In this document: positions 55,551 through 64,000 of the stretch, one piece after another | How the letters are laid out: each line of letters starts with the position of its first letter | Position numbering within the stretch: the stretch's first letter is position 1 | From: Daphnia carinata | Lineage: Eukaryota | DNA: 64,000 nucleotides | Assembly (NCBI RefSeq): GCF_022539665.2 | Contig: NC_081331.1 | Coordinates: 9,300,001-9,364,000 of the forward strand | Direction: 5' to 3' | Program-made: the position numbers and the translations under genes | Notes under the pieces: model-generated | The model's input: only the letters and a program-made list of their open reading frames with translations | What the model was told of the DNA's origin: nothing | Databases searched by the model: none

Positions 55551-56634
55551 AAAAAGGCAAATTTACCGTATGAAAGACTGATACTGACTCATGGATGAGC
55601 TAAACTCTTGTTCTTTCATGTGCAGCCATGTCGTGATAGTTTTATAGAAAAATACACTGGCATGCCTTCCATGATCGTGGAAAATTTGAAGAAAAAATAT
55701 CTTAGATTCATTTAAAAAGGTTTAGTGTCTTCACTAATAACAGACTCTCATTTAAAAAAAAGTCCGTCATGGTAGAAAATTGATTTGTCATTATTAGTAG
55801 CTTTGTTAACGTAAAGTGTAAAGCTTCCTCATATCTCAATGTATTATGTGATGTGTAATTAGGTAATCAATAGCTGCTTGAAAATGTGCAAAAGGTGAAA
55901 ACAGGACACGAAGAACGAACAGAATCATTTATAGCAGTAGGTTATGATTTTAATATATTTATTGGGCTCTTTGTAATTGTTAAAAGAATTGAAAATGTAT
56001 AAGGAATAAATGGTATTAGAATCAATATTGAATTACATAATCTTTGTTTTGGTCCTTGCCTCAGACGATAATTTAAGTTTGTAATATTATTCCTATAAAC
56101 ATTATTTATCAAATGTTAATGATAATAAACTAGTCTTCGTGGTAACATATATTTTTGTTCCCAGCAACCACAAAAGCCCCGCGGAACTCATTCAGTTTCC
56201 GTATTCCCAACGAATCAGTGGTCTTTACCTATGGCATAAGTATCGACAAAAAGAAGCTATATGGGAGATGGACTGGGGGTTGGGGGAATAATGAAAGAGG
56301 GTAGACAGAACAAGGCTAAGTGCGAAAAACATTTATTTTTTGTATTATATTTAAAAAAGCAATGGTAGTTCAATAAACAAAAATTGTGAAAAATGAACTT
56401 TATTAAACGGGATATTAGCAATATATAAATACTAATATAATCCGAAATTAGATTGCAACCGAATAAATAATCAAAGATTAATTAGCGTACAAACGCTAAC
56501 ATTGTTTGATCTCTGCAAATCTTAAAGAAAATCACGGTTTCAGCAACCTTTGTACATTCCAAATTCCACGGAATAGGAGGTGGGAAATACAATTTTCGAA
56601 ACAAACATAAAGTTTGTAAGAAAATGGAAATTGA

Positions 56635-56778
56635 GCGGAGAAAAAGGCCCACTGGAGAAAAAGGCCCACTTTTGAATTTGGGAAAAAGTGGGCCTTTTTC
56701 GTATGGGCCTTTTTCGTCTGGGCCTTTTTCGCGGGCCTTTTTCGTCTGGGCCTTTTTCGTCTGGGCCTTTTTCTCCGA
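56635..56778. repeat. Right terminal module array (GGGCCTTTTTC units)
   Basis: Reverse complement of the 50181-50330 array. Confidence 0.92.
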
Positions 56779-59311
56779 CCTCCGTTGTTAACCTATCTAA
56801 ACAAGCTCCGGCGGCATGAAACATCAGAATTGTTTCAAACATTGCGTAGTTTCAAAACTACCGCGCTTTGGTGGCGTTGCTCAGACCCTGAGGGTTCATT
56901 TTTGTGCAAGCCCCGCCCCTTCCCACTTTGCAGGAATTCCCACTTTGCAGGCCTCCCACTTTGTGGAACGCTGCTGTATTGAAAATACACACTTCGAAAA
57001 AATAGTGTGACGTTGGGATTCCATTAAGCTATTTGTGTATGTATTAAAAATACCGTAAACTAAATGTAATTATATCGAAATTCGTTAATGATTGACTGGG
57101 GGGTGAAATGTGCAGTAGCTTGAAAAAAATGAAAATAGGAGGGGCTTGTTAATAATTTATTATCGATTGCCATTAGCAGTAGAAGATAGCAGACGACACT
57201 TCGAAACTCTCAGGTTTCTGCCTTTGTTTACGGTTTTTCCCGTAACTAAGCAACCTAAGCCCCGCCCCAGAAATATCGTTTGCGTCCGATTACACCCCCA
57301 AAACTGTGTCCAGTATCTCCCACCAGAAGGACATTTTTTAAAACGATAATAATTATTAAACTACTTCTCCTAAAAATTAAAACAAGCAAGAGAATTGAAA
57401 AGGGAAGAATTAGCTTTTTTTAGTATAACGAAAGTTATTTTTCATTAAGTGGTTTACACGTGATATGAAAAATTGTAGTAGCCAAAAAGATCAGAAAAAG
57501 GGCTGTATTTTCTATTTTTTAGATAACTACACGAATATTTGTAGTATGTTTCTGAAATTTTTGCCCTAAGTGTGGAATGGAATTTCCCATCACACACTAT
57601 TTTTTAAATTTTATTTTATTAATATCCCTTCAAGTTATTGCGGTTGTCTAATCTGGTACGTGTCCAGTTTGGGTCCGCTCTCCCCTAAGTCTTTCCAAAG
57701 CAACAAATCTCGACCAAGCTCGCGTTAAACGACAAGATACAACGGCCGAAAGCAAAAAAAAAAAAAAAAAAGTAAAAGGGCAGAAAACCAATCTGGAGTA
57801 TACCTACATACCAGATGGAACCATGGGAATACATGTGGCTGATCAATGGGTTTAGTTTCAACATCCAACCCAATATGGCGTAGGATCGTAGTGATATATC
57901 GTAGTGTTATTCCATATTGTGACTACGTTTCTATCTACAAATAACCTCCCGATTTGTTTATTTGTACATTTTCGCTATTTCCTACTGTGACTTCAGGTTG
58001 ATTAATACATGCTTTATCGGACCAGCTACAGAAATTTTCGTGATGTTACTGAGTTCTTTGAGATCTAAATAGAATTTATTACTTCTTGCAAAACAAAAAG
58101 AAAAAGAGGAAAAAAACTAGAAGGAATAAATCAAAAATTGCGACTGTCGACGCAAACCGTGATGGAAGTTCTAGACGGTTCTCTAGGTGGCGTTTACCAA
58201 TTTTTAAGGTCAACAACTTCGAAAAAAATGAACACGGAATCCCTATTGAATCATAGTGCTGCAAAAAAGGAATAACTTTTCTTTATTAGTTTTCTGTCTA
58301 GCATCCTACTTTTATGTTTTCACTTCTGATTTGCAATGGATGCATTATGGTACGAAACGTAGGACAACGATGCCCTATCATCTCGGCTTATTAATTTGAA
58401 GCTTTTCATTTCTAAATCTGAAAATCAATGCAGGTATAGTTCACATGTTTAATGCCTTTATGAATTTTTATCATTATGAATAACTACCAGAAAGCTGAAA
58501 GTCCGCCTTGAGTATCAAGGAGTTGATTATCATGCAGCCGCTATCACTGCTTCCAATAATTATACTGAAACTCCTGGCTGTAAAAATAAAAATGAAAATT
58601 TGAGAAGGAAAGAAATCTTACATGAAGGCTTCCTATGTTTTCTTCATTGGCTACAGTAAACCGCTAGTTCGCCAAAAAACTGAAAAGAAGGCATTGTTGT
58701 AAAAATTTTTTCCTTCTCTATTTTTCATTTTTATTTTTAAAGAAATGGATAGATCTCGTCAAGAGCTATCCATTTCAGTCAATTTTTTTTAAATTTTAGC
58801 GTTTGATAGAGCCTAAATTAATTATTTATATTTTAGCCTTCATTTCAGGGGAAGAGAAAGTACAGCTAGTTTCAAAGTTTGGGACACTCGTTTGTGGGTT
58901 ATTTCCAATTATTGCAAAAAATACACTTACTGGAATCTCCGCGAGCTTGTGCATTTCGTGATACCAAAAAATCTATTTAATTTTGAGTTTTAATATCCAG
59001 AATACTGAAAAAAAAACCACCAATCACCGTGGAAGCAGACAACATTTTCAAGGATTCGGCGGTAATTCGAATGTTTTTTTGTTTTTTTAAAATTTCTATT
59101 TAATACGGATTTACTTACCAGTTGTTTTAGTCACAGTTTAACTAAAATATAAAAAAAATTTCATTGTGCAGTATTATTTCAGCTCTTTGTGTGTACATAA
59201 CCTGCCCATGCTTCCAATTCCATTGTTTGTTTTATTACAATTAATGAACTCAAATATCAACAAGTGAAATGGCAAGTTTATTCAAAAATCATCATCTGTT
59301 TCATATAACAT

Positions 59312-60400
59312 CTAATTTTCTAAAAAATCATGGGGAAGGTTTAATACAGATGATACACCAACGTCAAATTTCAACAAGGTTTCGCCGAGCACAAAAATGA
59401 TCCTCACCATTTCTGCCTTAGCTAATGACGCCCTGCTTTCACTAAGTGGATCGTACATTATCATGTAAGATGCTATATCATCTTCTAAAGTCTCTCGAGT
59501 TTGTATTAACTCGTTGATAAAACATGCCATCTCCTTTTGAATTTGGTCAATTTCTTCTTCGATTCTAAATTTAAACATCCACGTATCGATTCGCTCGTAG
59601 TCTTTCGCGACGGACACTACAATAACAACAAAAAATACTATGTTAAAACTTATCTTTCTGTTACACAAGTTATTTATGTTACCTTATTTGCTATTATGCC
59701 AGGGGAAAATTTCTGAATCAATATGATTTGCATTTATAGGGGTTTCGGATTCCTTATTGATAAGAGTAACGAGTTTATGAATCCGTCGTTAGTAGCTTTT
59801 TTTTCTTCATTGCACTTAAGGCAATTAAAAGCTGAAGTGCTCAAATCCAATCGTCCTGGAAATGAAGAAAATAGTGTTATGGTAGGTCTGATTGTTTTCA
59901 AACAAAAATTTATTTAAACAAACCATCACTTGTTATTCAAACAATTGGTCTTGACCCGAATTTAATGCGCATTGTTCCAGATGATTGGCAGCTGTGACAG
60001 GAATTTGGCTCAAAGACAAGAACAGCAACATCTTAAAATATCAACAGATTATGAAAAACATTGTAACATTAACTTGTACCTTTTAAATACCTTCACAATT
60101 CCTTCTTGGCATCCAGAAACGGTGTTGGGAGAAGAATAATCATTGCACCACAGTTGAAATAAATGTGATGACGTGTCACTTGTTCAGAGTGAATAATGTA
60201 GTCGTACAAGCTCTTTTTGCAAGACTTGCAGCGCACACAAGCTGAATAACTTCTGCATATTTGGCATGTTCTAAAAGCCAACGTGTCCCTATCATGTTGT
60301 AAGGCTTTCTCTGCTATCCCAGACCTTGCGGAATCCCATTCTTCATCGGGCAGCACATATTTTCTAACTGCTTTCTTTATGTTGATATTCTTCAGATGTT
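59312..60400 (-). pseudogene. Degenerate, internally deleted CxC-cluster transposase remnant (KDZ: Kyakuja/Dileera/Zisupton-like)
   Basis: Fragments in order: WDSARSGIAEKAL...CQICRSYSACVRCKSCKK...IIH...HH; PNSCHSCQSSGTMRIKFGSRPIV*ITSD/GRLDLSTSAFNCLKC; then RIEEEIDQIQKEM. The order resembles CxC3-associated KDZ proteins, with the catalytic core missing. Confidence 0.5.
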
Positions 60401-60715
60401 TTTAAATAACCAGTGAGATGGAAACCAACATCATCTTCTGCAAGTGTTGCAATATTATCACTAAGATTCAATAGAAAATCACTGACTGGCTATTCAAAAC
60501 AGGATGGTAGAAATGCATTAAATATTGCACGCCTAATTCGAGTACTTAAATAACGTTATATTGTATTTCTTCATTGTTATTGTGGACAGCGTCGCGATTT
60601 TCAAAGGTATCTCTCTTTTTGACATTTTTAATGTACTACTTACTAAAAGATTTCCCTTCAATTCTACAAGTTCTATTTACCTTGAGCAACCAGGTTTCTA
60701 TGACTCTTACTCGAC

Positions 60716-60819
60716 TAGGGCTCGGTCCAGGTAACGGCGGTTTTACAATCAGTTTTTGATCAGGCAAACCGAACCGCACCGGTTTGTCCTTTTTTTTTTA
60801 ACCGCGGTGCCGAGCCTTA
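60716..60819. mobile_element. 104-bp mini derivative of MITE family B
   Basis: TAGGGCTCGG...CCGAGCCTTA with internal GGCAAACCGAACCGCACCGGTTTGTCCTTT; TSD TACTCGAC/GACTCGAC (7 of 8 match). Confidence 0.8.
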
Positions 60820-61329
60820 GACTCGACCAACTTGGTCCAATTTCAAAATAGGTCCAAGATTACTCGCGAAATTACTACAAAAAATAGGAAAATTTAGCGG
60901 TAGTGAGCGGCAAGATAAAAGAAAGGAAGAAATTTCAAGGAGAAGGAATTTACAGAAAAGGTAAAAAAATCTTAATAGGCTATTGCTGGGTTCGTAGCAA
61001 TAACATTTGGTCTTTTATCCATCCTTTTGAAATAATTCTTTAATCCAAAAAAAAAACAAAAAAACATGCAGGAACATCTTAGCAGCTTCCTAGGTTTGTT
61101 TCCTCAGTTCTATAAGAAAATGTTAACCTATGTCAATGTAACGATGAGGTACTATACTGATCGGTTCAGTGGCTTGATAAGAAATCAGTACATTATAATG
61201 TATAAGCTCTATAGAGCTTTCAGTAAGTAGGCTACATAAATTCAGGAAGTATTGTTAAATTGTAACTTAACGATCATACTTCTACAGGAATATATGTGTT
61301 AATAGAAAGATTGAATAACATCGATGATG

Positions 61330-62520
61330 AAACTCAATTGCTAGGCAACGTCTGGAATCCCAGGTAGTCGTGGAAATTGAAAAAACGTTATGAAAAGTGG
61401 GTTGAAGTCAGAAATCCATTGATGATGCATGGAACGTAAAGGCTTTCAATTTCTGCAAGAATAAAATAGCGTGAATGGCAGACATCACGCAGGCGTTTCT
61501 ACAAATCGGAATACAGGAGGAGCTCGGACAAATTGTCCGATTCGCGTGAGTGAAGGGCCCGAGGCAGGAGCACTCAGAGACGGTGTAATACAAATGGAAG
61601 AGAGAACCGTTTGGACTCTCGAGCAGCTCGTTCATATTCGGGGCAGTCATACCGAAATGCTTGGATGAGCACGAACATGATTTCCTGGAGTTGGTCGAAA
61701 AGTTGCGGACGTAGTGTTATGTGGACGACTGGTTGTGGGGGGGGGGGGGTGGCAAACACTGTCCGTCAAGCGGTCGAACGCATTACGCAAACCCAAAATC
61801 GGTTTGAGACAGCGAAGATGGAATTGAGGAAAAGGACGACGAATAGTGGGGAACTGAGAGAACGATTGCAGACGTTACAGTTCCAGAGCCAAGAGATAAC
61901 GATGGGAGAGAGCGCGGAGAAAGTTGTGAAAGCGCTGGGAGTAACTTGGGATTCGGAGACGGACACATTCAGGTTTGGGCCGCAGAACATACTAGAAGAG
62001 GCTGAGGAAATGAGTAAGAGGGCGACGCAGAGAAATTTGTTCAGTCTAGCGCTGAAAGTGTTAAACCTACTAGGGTTGGTGTACCCAGTGACAGTGACAG
62101 CGAAGATTATTATGCAGAAGATCTGGATAGAGAAGGCCGGATGGGACGAGCCCGTATCGGCAAACATAATGCCGCATTGCAAGACGTTCATAAGAGGCTT
62201 ATCGGACCTGTCGGAAACAAAGCTGGGAAAATGGATCGGTGAACGCCGACATAAGTTGCATTTATTTTGCGACGGAAGTGATGATGCGTACAGCGTAGCG
62301 GCATACGTGGAGAACGGGGGGAGGCGAGACTACTGTGCAGTAAGACGAGAATAGCACCGGATCCAAAAAAATTAGTGTCAACTCCCAGGCTGGAGTTGCT
62401 GAATGACTTATTAGCAGCCGGACTTGGGGGAATACATTGAAGGAACCCTTGGATGGTCGTTCGACAACACCCTGTGAATGAAAGGCGAATCCGGTCGATG
62501 GAAAAAGTTCATCCACAACC
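61330..62520 (+). mobile_element. BEL/Pao LTR retrotransposon pol remnant (RT and RNase H/Pao region), frameshifted
   Basis: ADITQAFLQIGI, PFGLSSS, YVDDWL, KALGVTWDSETDTF, LLGLVYPVTVTAKIIMQKIW...GWDEP, LHLFCDGSDDAYSVAAY, TPRLELL. Confidence 0.88.
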
Positions 62521-63269
62521 GGTTAATGGTATGACTTCAATTTCCAACGTTATCAACCTCTGTAGCATCCATCTTTTTCTCGTCGTAATGCAACTTGGTG
62601 CAAGTAGGTTCTTGTATCATTACTTGATAAAAGAGGAAGGGCGAACTTTGGTGCCATCGCCAGTTACTTCAATCTAATGTCCCCCAGTATATCCCTACTT
62701 CCCATCTTCATTCGTTTCCTGGGTCTCTTTACAGAATAAACGAAATGCGAAAACTTATGCCGCAGACTAAGGGGGTCGAAGATGTAGTGGACATGACATT
62801 CAAAAGGGTATCCCTCGACGCAAAGAACAGTGTGCAGCAGTTGCTCGCCTAATTCTTTTGATGTGGTTCCAATTTTGTCGTGATCCACTTCGTGTCAACA
62901 GCACGAAGTGGATTTGACCTACGTTCTCAATCAATTAGGTCTACCTGATATACCAAAGGAAGTTCAAGAGAAAATGAATGAGTTTCACTGCCCTGCAATA
63001 GTTACTTACCGCCAGTTACGTGATGTAATAGATGACGCGAAATGCACTATGTCAGAAAATCTGACGTCCGACTCGCAGTCAGGGCATCGGGCTGGGCCTT
63101 GGAGAGAGCATACGGGTACAAACCCGTGGGACGGGGACATAGAAACCCTAGGCCGAGAAATCCAGCCAAATCCCGCGACATAAATAACCCTACCGTTCAA
63201 CGGACTAAGAGTAAGCGTGGCCGGAGAGATGGACATTTGCGCCGTTTATTGAAACCGGGGAACCCGGGA

Positions 63270-64000
63270 TATGATATCCAAATATGTTGACGTACTTTCC
63301 ATCTATGTAGAACGGTCTCTAGCGAGAGAGGACCGAATCATACATCAAGAACCAACGGGAGAAAGAGGGATCGCAGCCGCCCGCGAAATCCTCCAAGTAC
63401 CGGGGTAGGGAAGATTAGAATATCACAAGAAGGGGCAATCCCGCGGTTAGAAGAAAGAAGAACAAGCGGCGACCTCTGGACCAACGTTGAAATTAATGTC
63501 CATTCAATTTGATTTATTTTTCATCGGTGGGTTTTTGTAGGGGTATAAAGAAGGGCCGATTAGGCCCAAGCAATCAACTCACATTTTTACACCGATCCAG
63601 TCTACTCGTCTTCTATGGTAACTGCTCTTTAAACATTTACTTTTGCCTGTTGAGTTGCGCCGCCCCCTTGCCTGCTTCCCGCCGCCTTACCTGCTGCTTG
63701 CCGTCGTACGCCGTCTGCTGCTGCCCGACACCAGTCACCGCCAGTCGCCACCTGCCAACGCTCGACACCGCCACTTGCTCCATCGTCGTCTCACCGCCTG
63801 GCTCTCAACTATAATATAAAGAGTAAGTACTTGTCAATTATTTCATTTCTAATTCTGATTATTCTTAGGTAAAGACTTTTTTGGGTACCGTTGTGTGTCC
63901 GGCCCATAAAGCCCGCCAACTCCACGATAGATTCCCCTATACGGGACTGATATCGCTTCTAGTCGGCAACTCTCAGACGAGAAGCCGCCCAAACATACGC
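63270..64000 (+). mobile_element. Possible LTR of the retroelement (boundaries unresolved, may run off the window)
   Basis: Purine-rich stretch, TATA-like GTATAAAG at 63543, initiator-like CAGTCT ~55 nt downstream, C-rich leader. No partner LTR in the window. Confidence 0.3.

Larger units (their letters stand above)
50176..56783. mobile_element. Giant foldback (palindromic) element with ~3.3-kb inverted arms, probably MULE/Foldback-type, carrying captured host DNA
   Basis: 8-bp TSD GTTGTTAA at 50168-50175 and 56784-56791. Termini GATTGGCGGAGAAAAAGGCCC / GGAGGTCGGAGAAAAAGGCCC (reverse complement). Arms are reverse-complementary from the ends to 53498/53535. Confidence 0.9.
47541..56976 (-). 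mobile_element. pogo/Tigger DNA transposon (net ~2.8 kb), interrupted by the 6.6-kb foldback element
   Basis: TIRs CAGCAGCGTCCCACAAAGTGGGA / TCCCACTTTGTGGAACGCTGCTG with TA on both sides; subterminal CCCACTTTGC repeats; contains a transposase gene. Confidence 0.92.
47283..57685. mobile_element. TA-flanked MITE X (net ~965 bp) hosting the nested pogo and foldback elements
   Basis: Perfect 25-bp TIR GGGGAGAGCGGACCCAAACTGGACA at 47283 and its reverse complement ending at 57685, each flanked by TA (Tc1/mariner/pogo-type TSD). Confidence 0.88.
45091..57855 (+). pseudogene. Decayed secreted low-complexity protein gene split by ~11.5 kb of transposons
   Basis: ATG 45091 (MKSI) splices GTAAGT...TAG to 45247, giving signal-peptide-like MKSIVLVFIIVVAVYAVDG. 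Stop at 45451, ~60-bp tandem repeats at 45497-45720, then (A/S)SEDPA repeats. After removing the insertions the frame continues ...QEEMT|V|SLSKATNLDQARVKRQ... to TAG at 57853. Confidence 0.55.

Noticed and set aside
50176..56783. Palindrome as an assembly or chimeric-read artefact
   Set aside because: The arms differ by many substitutions and indels, including a ~70-bp indel, and the unit is flanked by a direct 8-bp TSD inside a contiguous pogo element.

Overview
Eukaryotic (arthropod) genomic DNA; the compact 55-80 nt GT-AG introns and AT-richness suggest a branchiopod crustacean such as Daphnia (inference). The left ~38 kb is gene-dense and holds six spliced genes that look intact: ABCF2 (+), propionyl-CoA carboxylase alpha (-), coracle/protein 4.1 (+), HemK1-type methyltransferase (-), SERCA (+, several candidate alternative C-terminal exons) and PRKRIP1 (-, mostly missed by the ORF track). 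From ~38.2 kb onward the window is a nest of DNA transposons, most of which can be delimited by TIRs and target-site duplications. The standout is a 6.6-kb foldback element (50176-56783, 8-bp TSD GTTGTTAA, modular GAAAAAGGCCC termini) whose two ~3.3-kb inverted arms each carry an intron-containing, partly tandem-duplicated SURF6-like gene copy, head-to-head around a ~36-bp spacer. It sits inside a pogo/Tigger element, which sits inside a TA-flanked MITE, which interrupts a decayed secreted-protein gene. A further SURF6-like copy lies in a different CATAG...CTATG element (38793-40496, 7-bp TSD) nested in a hAT-like MITE. The window ends with KDZ/CxC-type transposase and BEL/Pao retrotransposon remnants. 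Protein family calls come from motif recognition only; no database searches were run.
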